Below are positions 1 to 7,806 of a stretch of DNA of 61,836 bases, in pieces. A program made the position numbers and the translations under genes. The stretch's first letter is position 1. Every line of letters starts with the position of its first letter. The DNA is from an uncultured Bacilli bacterium (GTDB lineage: Bacteria; Bacillota_I; Bacilli_A; RF39; UBA660), in assembly GCA_947629325.1 (NCBI GenBank), contig CANRDE010000003.1, forward strand, positions 1-61,836. The letters are read 5' to 3'. Below the pieces are notes generated by a model. That model did no database searches. It was not told the origin of the DNA and saw only the letters and a list, made by a program, of their open reading frames with translations.

Positions 1-16
1 AATACTAAACAAATAA

Positions 17-52
17 AGTCTATGCTTGAAAATCAAACATAGACTCTATTTA
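17..52 (+). terminator. possible intrinsic terminator of an off-window upstream gene
   Basis: Perfect 8-bp stem AGTCTATG (17-24) / CATAGACT (38-45) with a 13-nt loop, followed by a T/A-rich tract. Confidence 0.3.
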
Positions 53-96
53 AAAATTTCTCATGCGTTTATCCTGCATATATAGGATAATTTGTA

Positions 97-126
97 TTGA
101 CAAAACATATAATATAATGATAAACT
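97..126 (+). promoter_or_regulatory. sigmaA-type promoter of the infC-rpmI-rplT operon
   Basis: TTGACA at 97-102. An 18-nt spacer ends in TG (118-119, extended -10), followed by TAAACT at 121-126. Confidence 0.45.
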
Positions 127-262
127 ATTGTTGTTTTAAAAAGGAAAGCGATTTATATCCATGAATCCACCTGATTACGAATAGTAATAGGTAAAAAGCC
201 ATAGAAAAATATTTATTATTTATATAGGTTTTTAAAGTGGGTATAAAAATACTCACTTTTTA
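127..262 (+). promoter_or_regulatory. infC leader, probable L20-responsive ribosomal-protein leader
   Basis: About 135 nt of untranslated leader between the promoter and the infC SD, ending in a terminator hairpin. This position and architecture match the Firmicute L20 leader. Confidence 0.45.
235..261 (+). terminator. attenuator (intrinsic terminator) in the infC leader
   Basis: 10-bp stem AAGTGGGTAT (235-244) / ATACTCACTT (249-258) with one G-U pair and an AAAA loop, followed by a T-run, immediately before the infC SD GGAGG (269-273). Confidence 0.6.
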
Positions 263-281
263 ATTGTTGGAGGTGCTTTGT

Positions 282-803
282 ATAGCAAAAACAGATGAGC
301 TACTAATAAATGATCAAATAAAAGTAGCAGAAGTTATGGTAATTGGACCAAATGGCGAAAAAATGGGAGTAAAAAGATTAGAAGATGCTAAAACTTTAGC
401 AAACTATGCCGGCTTAGATTTAGTTTTAATGAGTGAAAACAGTACACCAGCAGTAGCCAAAATAATGGATTATAATAAATATCGTTATGAAAGGCAAAAA
501 AAATTAAAAGAAGCTCAAAAGAAACAAAGAGAAAGCAATAAAGAGATTAAAGAGTATCGTCTGTCTGTAACAATTGATATTCATGATTTTGAAACCAGAA
601 AGAAAAATGCCGCAGAATATTTGAAAAAAGGGCATAAAATTAAAGCTTTTATAAGATTTAAAGGCCGTCAAATGGCTCATACCGAACTTGGCAAAGATGT
701 TTTATTAAAATTTGCTTCTGAACTTAGTGAATTAAGTCAAATTGAAATTGAACCTAAGTTAGAAGGAAAGCAAATGTCTGTGCTATTAGCACCAAAAAAA
801 TAA
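282..803 (+). CDS. infC: translation initiation factor IF-3
   Basis: IF3 N- and C-domain sequence (INDQIKVAEVMVIGPNGEKMGV..., KEYRLSVTIDIHDFETRKKNA...). The frame is open from TTG 264, but SD GGAGG (269-273) is spaced 8 nt from ATA 282. That start gives 173 aa, the normal IF3 length. Confidence 0.9.
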   Translation: MAKTDELLINDQIKVAEVMVIGPNGEKMGVKRLEDAKTLANYAGLDLVLMSENSTPAVAKIMDYNKYRYERQKKLKEAQKKQRESNKEIKEYRLSVTIDIHDFETRKKNAAEYLKKGHKIKAFIRFKGRQMAHTELGKDVLLKFASELSELSQIEIEPKLEGKQMSVLLAPKK

Positions 804-825
804 GGTAGTAGAGGGAGAGATTTTT

Positions 826-1014
826 ATGGGAAAACAAAAAACACATAAAGCAAGTAGTAAAGTATTTAAAGTTAAAAAGAATGGTACATTAACTTATAAA
901 AAAGGTAATGGTAATCATAAAACAAGCAAAGATTCTTCAAAACAAGTACGTCAAAGAAGAAATAAAGGAATTTTAGCGAAAGGAGAAGCTAGCAGATTAA
1001 AATCTGTTATCTAG
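826..1014 (+). CDS. rpmI: 50S ribosomal protein L35
   Basis: 62-aa basic protein (MGKQKTHKASSKVFKVKKNG...) between infC and rplT. SD GGGAGAG lies upstream. Confidence 0.95.
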   Translation: MGKQKTHKASSKVFKVKKNGTLTYKKGNGNHKTSKDSSKQVRQRRNKGILAKGEASRLKSVI

Positions 1015-1028
1015 TTAGGGGGTAAATT

Positions 1029-1568
1029 ATGGCAAGAGTTAAAGGCGGAAACGTATCAAAAAATAGAAGACGTAAAGTATTAAAACAAGCAAAAGGATAT
1101 TTTGGTAGTAAGCACAGATTATATAAAACAGCTCAAGAACAATTATTTCATAGTGGAGCTTATGCATTTAGAGATAGAAAACAAAATAAAAGAAATTTCC
1201 GGAAATTATGGATTACAAGAATTAATGCTGCTTGTAGATTAAATAATATAAGTTATTCTAAATTTATAAATGGTTTAGAAAAAGCAGGAATAACTATTAA
1301 TCGTAAAATGTTATCTGAAATAGCTATTAATGATCCTGCAGCATTTACTGAGTTAGTAAAAGTGGCTAATGATGCTTTAAACGGAAAAGTTGCTAAAGCG
1401 ACACCGGTTAAAAAAGAAAGCAAGGAAGAAATTAAAACTGCTCCGACTAAAAAAGCCGAAGACTTAAGTTCTAAAACATTAGCTGAATTGAAAGCTTTAG
1501 CTAAAGAAGCAGGTATTAAAGGATACAGTTCAATGAAAAAAGATGAATTACTAGAGAATTTAAAATAG
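1029..1568 (+). CDS. rplT: 50S ribosomal protein L20 with a roughly 59-aa C-terminal extension (Rho_N/SAP-like)
   Basis: Residues 1-120 are canonical L20 ([29 protein letters not shown]...LWITRINAA). Residues 121-179 are a Lys/Glu linker plus [34 protein letters not shown]. Confidence 0.95.
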   Translation: MARVKGGNVSKNRRRKVLKQAKGYFGSKHRLYKTAQEQLFHSGAYAFRDRKQNKRNFRKLWITRINAACRLNNISYSKFINGLEKAGITINRKMLSEIAINDPAAFTELVKVANDALNGKVAKATPVKKESKEEIKTAPTKKAEDLSSKTLAELKALAKEAGIKGYSSMKKDELLENLK

Positions 1569-1593
1569 TAATTCTTTTTTTATTTTAAAAAAC

Positions 1594-1622
1594 TTGCTAA
1601 TACCTAATTTTTTAGATATAAT
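1594..1622 (+). promoter_or_regulatory. sigmaA-type promoter upstream of ftsA
   Basis: TTGCTA (1594-1599), 17-nt spacer, TATAAT (1617-1622). Confidence 0.55.
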
Positions 1623-1647
1623 TAGATAAGAAAATAGGAGTGACATT

Positions 1648-2889
1648 ATGCGCAAATTTATTGCCAGTTTGGATATTGGATCATCTCTAATTAAATTGAT
1701 AGTTGGAGAAATAGTAAAAAATAAAATTAATATTTTAGCATGTGTTGAAACTCCTTCTCGGGGAATTAAAAAAGGTTATGTTATAAATGGGGAAAGTGCT
1801 ACAGAGGCTTTTAAAGAAGTATTTACTAAATGTGAAGATATTTTAGGAATTCCTATAAGGAAAGTCATTGCAACGATTCCTTCCACTTATGCCGAATGTT
1901 TTTTAAGTAGTGGAACAATTGGAATTGAAGATGAAGATCGAGTAATAAAAAATAAAGATATAGTAAAAGCTATGCAAAAATGCGTTTATAATAAAATTAT
2001 GGATAATAAAGAATTGGTAACAGTTCTACCAACCAGTTTTAAAGTTAATGACGAAATAGTTAATAATCCTTTGAATATGATTGCAGAAAAATTAACTATG
2101 AAAGCCATTGTAGTTACAGTTCCTAAAAAGAATATCGAGGGAATATCAACTTGTTTAAAAAATGTTGGGGTTGATTTAGTAGATGTAGTTATTTCTCCCT
2201 TAGGAGATTATTATGAGCATAAAAATAAAGAACTTAATAAACAAATTGGGGCAGTAGTCAATATAGGAGAAGAAACTACAACAGTATCTATCTTTAATCG
2301 AGGAATACTTACAAATTTAGAAGTTATTGATATTGGAGGAGATGCCATAACCAATGATTTAGCTTATGTTTATAAAATTTCTCATGAAGATGCTAAATAC
2401 TTAAAAGAACATTTAGCTTTAGCCCATACAAGGCTAGCTCAACCTAATGAATCATTAAGTTTTACTGATAAACATGGGGAAAACGTTAAAATTAATCAAT
2501 ATGATGCCTCCGAAATTGTAATGGGTAGATTAACAGAGATTATTAATTTAGCCAAAAAACAAATAAATCTCTTAACAAAAAAAGAAATTAGTTATATAAT
2601 ATTTACAGGAGGAGTAACAGAAAGCCAAGACTTTGATATTTTGCTAGAAGAATTACTTGGTAATATGGGTATTATTGGCAATGTCGAAGAAATTGGTGCT
2701 CGTAACAACAAATATGGAACTGCTGTGGGGTTAATAAAATATTACAATAGCAGATTAAAATTAAGAAATGTTGAATTTTCAATTTTTAATATAGAAGAAC
2801 AAGAGGAATTAGGGGGCACGGAAAAAAGAATAAATATTTCTGATAATTCCATTTTAGGAAAATTATTTGGGTATTTTTTTGATAATTAA
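1648..2889 (+). CDS. ftsA: cell division protein FtsA
   Basis: Actin-fold ATPase start (FIASLDIGSSLIKLIVGE) directly upstream of ftsZ. SD AGGAG lies upstream. Confidence 0.93.
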   Translation: MRKFIASLDIGSSLIKLIVGEIVKNKINILACVETPSRGIKKGYVINGESATEAFKEVFTKCEDILGIPIRKVIATIPSTYAECFLSSGTIGIEDEDRVIKNKDIVKAMQKCVYNKIMDNKELVTVLPTSFKVNDEIVNNPLNMIAEKLTMKAIVVTVPKKNIEGISTCLKNVGVDLVDVVISPLGDYYEHKNKELNKQIGAVVNIGEETTTVSIFNRGILTNLEVIDIGGDAITNDLAYVYKISHEDAKYLKEHLALAHTRLAQPNESLSFTDKHGENVKINQYDASEIVMGRLTEIINLAKKQINLLTKKEISYIIFTGGVTESQDFDILLEELLGNMGIIGNVEEIGARNNKYGTAVGLIKYYNSRLKLRNVEFSIFNIEEQEELGGTEKRINISDNSILGKLFGYFFDN

Positions 2890-2901
2890 GGAGAGAAGCA
2901 A

Positions 2902-3957
2902 ATGAACGAATTACAAATGGATCAAATAGCAAAGATAAAAGTTGTCGGAGTTGGTGGTGGTGGCTGTAATGCTGTTAACCGCATGATTGAAGAAGGCGTT
3001 AAAAGCGTTGAATTTTATGTTGTTAATACCGATTTACAAGTTTTAAACGTTTCTAAAGCCGCCAATAAAATTCAAATTGGTAAATCTATTACAGGTGGAA
3101 GAGGAGCTGGAGCTAATCCCGAAATTGGCCGAGCTGCTGCTTTAGAAAGTAAAAGCGAAATTGAAGAAGCCCTTCAAGGAGCTGACATGGTATTTGTTGC
3201 TTGTGGTATGGGAGGCGGAACTGGAACTGGAGCAGCTCCAATTATTGCCGAAATAGCTCAAGAGTTAGGAGCTTTAACAGTTGGTATTGTAACTAAGCCT
3301 TTTAGATTCGAAGGAAAAAGAAGAAGTGAAAATGCTTTACTTGGTATAGAAGAGTTAAAAAAACACGTTGATACATTGATTGTTATTCCAAATGATAAAT
3401 TAAGAGATATTATTGATAAAACAACAAGCTTTGATGATGCATTTAAGGAAGTAGATAATGTTCTTCATCGTGGAGTTCAATCTATATCTGATTTAATCGC
3501 TGTAACTGGGGTAATTAATCTAGACTTTGCCGATGTTAAAGCCGTAATGGAAAAAAGCGGTACTGCTATTATTGGAATCGGTTGTAATGCTGGAGAAAAT
3601 AGAGCTATTGAAGCAGCTCGTCAAGCCGTTGCCAATAGTTTACTAGAAGCTACAATTGATGGTGCCACAAATGCTATCGTTAATGTAACTGGCGGTAATA
3701 ATCTTACTTTATTTGAAATAGAAGATGCAGTAGAAACTGTTAGAGAAGCAGCAAAAAGCGATATAAATATTATTTTTGGAGCTATTAAAAATGAAAATTT
3801 AACAGATGAAGTAATAGTTACTGTTATTGCAACGGGATTTGATGAAGGAGAAGCCGAAGAATTATATTCTCCTGGGGAAATGCCTAAAAGAAGATCTGTT
3901 CCAACTGATGATGATTTAGAAATACCCCCTTTTCTAAGAAATAATGATTTGTTTTAA
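2902..3957 (+). CDS. ftsZ: cell division GTPase FtsZ
   Basis: Tubulin signature [17 protein letters not shown], and the C-terminal peptide [11 protein letters not shown]. Confidence 0.97.
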   Translation: MNELQMDQIAKIKVVGVGGGGCNAVNRMIEEGVKSVEFYVVNTDLQVLNVSKAANKIQIGKSITGGRGAGANPEIGRAAALESKSEIEEALQGADMVFVACGMGGGTGTGAAPIIAEIAQELGALTVGIVTKPFRFEGKRRSENALLGIEELKKHVDTLIVIPNDKLRDIIDKTTSFDDAFKEVDNVLHRGVQSISDLIAVTGVINLDFADVKAVMEKSGTAIIGIGCNAGENRAIEAARQAVANSLLEATIDGATNAIVNVTGGNNLTLFEIEDAVETVREAAKSDINIIFGAIKNENLTDEVIVTVIATGFDEGEAEELYSPGEMPKRRSVPTDDDLEIPPFLRNNDLF

Positions 3958-3979
3958 AAAATGAAAAATAGAGACTAAA

Positions 3980-4007
3980 ATACGACAAAATTTGTTGTAT
4001 TTTTTTT
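3980..4007 (+). terminator. intrinsic terminator after ftsZ
   Basis: 9-bp stem ATACGACAA (3980-3988) / TTGTTGTAT (3992-4000) with one G-U pair, followed by 7 T (4001-4007). Confidence 0.6.
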
Positions 4008-4015
4008 ATATAATA
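3981..4015 (+). promoter_or_regulatory. possible spoIIG-type promoter (0A-box-like -35 with 22-nt spacer)
   Basis: TACGACA (3981-3987) matches the reverse 0A box TTCGNCA at 6/7 positions. ACGACA is separated by 22 nt from TATAAT (4010-4015), 16 nt before the spoIIGA ATG. Confidence 0.3.
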
Positions 4016-4030
4016 AATTTGGTGAGATAA

Positions 4031-4780
4031 ATGAAAATTTACTTAGATTTATTATTTATTTTAAATTTTATTTATGATTTTCTTATTTTAATTACAGTAG
4101 ATGTTACACTAAAAAGGAATGCCAAAATTAAAAGAATATTATTAGCTACTACTTGGGGAGCTATTTCTACTTTTATTATTTTAATTCCTGTTTCCTCCTA
4201 TTTTTTACTGTTATTAAAAGTAATTGCGGGAATCATAATGACTTTAATAGCTTTTGGCTATAAGAATTTAAAATATTTAGGAAATAATTTAATTTATTTA
4301 TATATGGTTAGTGTTATTTTGGCCGGATTTTTATATTATTTAAAAATAGAATTCAATAATTGGAGTTATTTAATAATTTTAGCTATAGCGCCTTTAATAC
4401 TTTATTTATATATAAAAGAACAAAAAAAATTAAAAAAAATTATTAATTATTATGCAACTGTAAAAATAACTTTTAAAAATAATAAAACTTTAACTTTAAA
4501 AGGTTTTATAGATAGTGGTAATAAACTAAAAGATCCTATCACTAATAAATATATTATTTTAATAAATAAAAATAAATTGAAAGGCATATATAATATAAGA
4601 AGCCCAATGTATATTCCGATAAAAACGGTTAATAATAAAAGCTTATTAGAATGTATCAGCCTAAAAAATATTGAAATAGAACATAAAATATACAACAATT
4701 ATCTTTTAGGATTATCGGAAACATTTACTGGTTTTGACGAGATTGATTGTTTGTTAAATTATCATTTATTGGAGGAATAA
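4031..4780 (+). CDS. spoIIGA: sigma-E processing aspartic protease SpoIIGA
   Basis: N-terminal polytopic membrane domain plus a C-terminal GFIDSGNKLKDP motif (DxGN aspartic protease). It lies directly upstream of sigE. Confidence 0.8.
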   Translation: MKIYLDLLFILNFIYDFLILITVDVTLKRNAKIKRILLATTWGAISTFIILIPVSSYFLLLLKVIAGIIMTLIAFGYKNLKYLGNNLIYLYMVSVILAGFLYYLKIEFNNWSYLIILAIAPLILYLYIKEQKKLKKIINYYATVKITFKNNKTLTLKGFIDSGNKLKDPITNKYIILINKNKLKGIYNIRSPMYIPIKTVNNKSLLECISLKNIEIEHKIYNNYLLGLSETFTGFDEIDCLLNYHLLEE

Positions 4781-4781
4781 A

Positions 4782-5465
4782 ATGTTTAAAAAATTAATTT
4801 TATTTTTAAAAAGAAAATATCAAGAATGTTTTTTTGTCGGGGCAACGGATAAATTACCTCCACCTCTTTCCAAAGAAAAGGAATTAGAATATTTAGAGCG
4901 AGCCCAAAATGGAGATATAGAAGCCCGCAATATTTTAATTGAACATAATTTAAGATTGGTGGTTTTTTTAGCTAAAAAATATGAAAATACTGGTTTTGAT
5001 ATTGAAGATTTAGTATCTATTGGGTCAATAGGTTTAATAAAAGGAATAAATACATATAAAACAGATAAGAATATAAAATTAGCTACTTACGCCTCGCGAT
5101 GTATTGCCAATGAAATATTAATGTTTTTAAGAAAAAATAAAAGGAAAAAAATAGAAATAAGTTTAGAGGAAACTCTAAATTATGATGCGGAAGGAAATGA
5201 GCTTAGATTAGAAGATATCTTAGGAACAGAAGAGGATGTAGTGCCAAGAGAATTAGAAAATTGCATGGATAAAGAAACTCTAAAAAAAGAAATAAGTATT
5301 TTAGATGAACGGGAAAAAGAAATAATGACTTTAAGATACGGTTTAAATAATACAGAAGAATATACCCAAAAAGAAGTTGCAGAAATGCTGGGGATAAGCC
5401 AATCTTATATTTCTCGTATTGAGAAAAAAGTAGTAAAAAAGTTGCAAAATATTATGAAAATTTAA
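4782..5465 (+). CDS. sigE: RNA polymerase sporulation sigma factor SigE (pro-sigmaE)
   Basis: Pro-sequence-like N-terminus, TYASRCIANEILMFLR (sigmaE/K-type region 2.4) and region 4 QKEVAEMLGISQSYISRIEK. Position after spoIIGA. Confidence 0.9.
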   Translation: MFKKLILFLKRKYQECFFVGATDKLPPPLSKEKELEYLERAQNGDIEARNILIEHNLRLVVFLAKKYENTGFDIEDLVSIGSIGLIKGINTYKTDKNIKLATYASRCIANEILMFLRKNKRKKIEISLEETLNYDAEGNELRLEDILGTEEDVVPRELENCMDKETLKKEISILDEREKEIMTLRYGLNNTEEYTQKEVAEMLGISQSYISRIEKKVVKKLQNIMKI

Positions 5466-5480
5466 AAAAAATATTGTATG

Positions 5481-5507
5481 AGAGAAAAAAATTTTTTTCT
5501 CTTTTTT
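5481..5507 (+). terminator. intrinsic terminator after sigE
   Basis: AGAGAAAA / TTTTCTCT stem (5481-5502) followed by a T-run. Confidence 0.5.
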
Positions 5508-5562
5508 GTTCAACTAGGTAAATTATTTTTAAAAATAAGAATATTTATGTTCTTTATTTTAA

Positions 5563-5591
5563 TTGACTTGTTCATATCGATAATATATAAT
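5563..5591 (+). promoter_or_regulatory. consensus sigmaA promoter for the inserted wHTH-nucleotidyltransferase gene
   Basis: TTGACT (5563-5568), 17-nt spacer, TATAAT (5586-5591). Confidence 0.65.
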
Positions 5592-5637
5592 TGTTTTATG
5601 AACGTACAAAACAATGTATTAATATAGGAGAATGATC

Positions 5638-6534
5638 ATGGAATTAACTAAAAGAGAATTTGACATACTAGTAATATTGGAACAAAGAAAAAATGTTAAA
5701 TTTTCACAAAGGGATATTGCTAAAGAAGCAAATATGTCATTAGGACTTGTGAATAAAGTAATGAAAAATTTAATTGCCAAAAAATTAATCTCAGAAAACA
5801 ATCAAATAAATGAAAAAGGATTACTCGCTTTAAAACCATATCGAGTTAAAAGAGCAATTTTTTTAGCGGCTGGTTTTGGTTCTAGACTAGTTCCAATTAC
5901 TTTAAATACACCTAAACCTTTGATTAAAGTCCATGGTAAGAGAATGATTGAAACCCTTTTAGATGCTGTTGTAGCGGCAGAAATTTCTGAAATAATAATT
6001 GTAAGAGGCTATTTAGGGGAGCAGTTTGAGACGTTGCTTCATAAATACCCTAATATCAAGTTTGTTGATAATAAAATATATAATGAAGCTAATAATATTT
6101 CATCGGCTATGGTTATAAAAGATTATCTGAAAAATGCTTATGTTTTAGAATCGGATTTGGTGCTTTCTAATCCTGCCTTAATAAGAAAATATGAATATTC
6201 TAGTAATTTTTTGGGAATACCGGTTAAAAAAACAGATGATTGGTGTTTACTTACTAAAAAAGGAATTATAGTAAAAGAACAAATAGGCGGTGAAAATTGC
6301 TATCAAATGGTAGGAATTTCTTATTATGATTCAGTAGATGGCCAAAAATTAGCCAAAGATATAGAAGAGGTTTTTTATTCTCCAGGTGGCAGAGAAAAAT
6401 ATTGGGATCAAGTTCAATTAGATATTAAGAAGAAAAATTATAAAATTGCTGTGCGAGAATGTAAAAAGGAAGATATCGTTGAAATTGACACCTTTAATGA
6501 ATTAAAAAAAATAGACAAGGTTTATGATGTATAA
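5638..6534 (+). CDS. winged-HTH fused to a LicC-like sugar/choline-phosphate nucleotidyltransferase
   Basis: N-terminal MarR-like segment (FSQRDIAKEANMSLGLVNKVMKNL). Nucleotidyltransferase P-loop AIFLAAGFGSRLVPITLNTPKPLIKV. SD AGGAG (5626-5630) fits ATG 5638 better than the ORF-track start 5632. Confidence 0.75.
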   Translation: MELTKREFDILVILEQRKNVKFSQRDIAKEANMSLGLVNKVMKNLIAKKLISENNQINEKGLLALKPYRVKRAIFLAAGFGSRLVPITLNTPKPLIKVHGKRMIETLLDAVVAAEISEIIIVRGYLGEQFETLLHKYPNIKFVDNKIYNEANNISSAMVIKDYLKNAYVLESDLVLSNPALIRKYEYSSNFLGIPVKKTDDWCLLTKKGIIVKEQIGGENCYQMVGISYYDSVDGQKLAKDIEEVFYSPGGREKYWDQVQLDIKKKNYKIAVRECKKEDIVEIDTFNELKKIDKVYDV

Positions 6535-6710
6535 TATTTAGTAAAAGAAAGTAAAAAGAAGCTGGAATGTTATTAACATCGCGTGTTAAATTGATTTTAT
6601 CTCTCGTGAAACTTGATTTTTGGGGCATTATATAATAAAAGTAAGAATAAGTAAAAAACATAAGTAAGAATTAATTACTCTCATCAAAGATATAAAAGCT
6701 TAAGAGATTT

Positions 6711-6740
6711 GTATAAATTTAGTCATAATTTGCCATAATT
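6711..6740 (+). promoter_or_regulatory. possible forespore-type (sigmaF/sigmaG) promoter of sigG
   Basis: GTATA (6711-6715), 18-nt spacer, CATAATT (6734-6740), compared with the remembered sigmaG consensus GHATR-N17/18-CATXHTA. It lies 20 nt before the ATG. Confidence 0.35.
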
Positions 6741-6760
6741 TTGATGAAAGGTAAAAATTT

Positions 6761-7537
6761 ATGGCAAAATATAAAGTCGATATAACGGGGATTAATACCA
6801 ATGAAATCAAAGTTTTATCAAATGAGGAAATAACTAATTTGTTTGAAAAATATCGTAAGGGTGATTTACAAGCAAAAGATGAATTAGTTTATGGCAATTT
6901 AAAATTAGTGCTATCTATTTTACAAAAATTTAATAATACTAAACATAATATGGATGATTTATTCCAAGTTGGCGTTATGGGATTAATTAAAGCTATCGAA
7001 AATTTTGATACTTCCTTAGGTTTAAGATTATCAACTTATGCTGTTCCTTTAATTATTGGGGAAATAAAACGTTTTATAAGAGATAACACTTCTATCAGAG
7101 TGAGTCGAAGTGTTAAAGATTTGGCTTATAAAATAATACGTTTTCAAGATGAGTATTTAAGTGTTAATGGAGTAATGCCCGACAATTTAACTATTTCCCA
7201 AGCTTTTAATATTGATGAGTATGAAATATCTTATGCCCTTGATTCATTAAAAGACCCTATGAGTATTTCGGCTCCAATATTTAATGATGGGGGAGATACT
7301 ATTTATTTAGCTGATCAAATTGCTGACTTAAAAGATGTTAATACAGATAAGGATATGTATATTTCCTTAAGAAAAGCCTTACAAAAAATCAAGGATAGAG
7401 AAAAAGAAATTTTGATTTCCAGATTTATAGTAGGCAAAACTCAAATGGAGATTGCTTCAACAATGGGAATTTCCCAAGCTCAAGTATCGCGAATTGAAAA
7501 AAGTGCTATTGAAAACGTCAGAAAATTAATCAAGTAA
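6761..7537 (+). CDS. sigG: RNA polymerase sporulation sigma factor SigG
   Basis: TYAVPLIIGEIKRFIRD (sigmaF/G-type region 2.4) and region 4 QMEIASTMGISQAQVSRIEK. Position downstream of sigE as in Bacillus and Clostridium. Confidence 0.85.
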   Translation: MAKYKVDITGINTNEIKVLSNEEITNLFEKYRKGDLQAKDELVYGNLKLVLSILQKFNNTKHNMDDLFQVGVMGLIKAIENFDTSLGLRLSTYAVPLIIGEIKRFIRDNTSIRVSRSVKDLAYKIIRFQDEYLSVNGVMPDNLTISQAFNIDEYEISYALDSLKDPMSISAPIFNDGGDTIYLADQIADLKDVNTDKDMYISLRKALQKIKDREKEILISRFIVGKTQMEIASTMGISQAQVSRIEKSAIENVRKLIK

Positions 7538-7562
7538 CATATAATTAATTAAAGGTGAATGT

Positions 7563-7784
7563 ATGCTTTTAAGTGATTTGCAAACCAAAGATATTATTAA
7601 TATTAAAGATGGCAATAATTTAGGAAGAATAATAGATGCTAAAATAGATATTACTGGCAAAATAGACTATTTAGTATCAGAACAGCGGAAAATAATCAGA
7701 AAAGTCACTAGAGGTGGAGAAGTAACATTTAGTTTTGAAAAAATCAAAAAAATTGGCGAAGATGTAATTTTAGTTGATTTATGA
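7563..7784 (+). CDS. ylmC: YlmC/YmxH-family PRC-barrel sporulation protein
   Basis: 73-aa protein with LSDLQTKDIINIKDGNNLGRIIDAKID... typical of YlmC/YmxH. Confidence 0.75.
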   Translation: MLLSDLQTKDIINIKDGNNLGRIIDAKIDITGKIDYLVSEQRKIIRKVTRGGEVTFSFEKIKKIGEDVILVDL

Positions 7785-7806
7785 TATAATAAATTAGTGA
7801 TTAAGT

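Noticed and set aside
264-281. N-terminal extensions suggested by longest-ORF starts. Examples: infC 264, spoIVB 12343, ireB 28007, the hypothetical 33008, lon 35356, hrcA 39781, the SleB-like gene 46278, rnhC 48030, lepB 49484 and NUDIX 60487.
   Set aside because: In each case a better-spaced SD plus an internal start gives the family-typical N-terminus. Several of the long starts would fall inside promoters, terminators or operators.
4450-4698. 82-aa minus-strand ORF inside spoIIGA. The same pattern applies to the track ORFs 5619-5801, 15055-15255, 20726-21061, 25470-25781, 32304-32495, 34346-34534, 35712-36080, 40158-40421, 40739-40939, 42720-42977, 44455-44655, 48281-48475, 58416-58631 and 59607-59801.
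   Set aside because: All are antisense (or alternate-frame) ORFs fully embedded in confidently identified genes. They have low-complexity, AT-codon-driven composition, no SD and no recognisable motifs. Such spurious ORFs are typical of AT-rich DNA.
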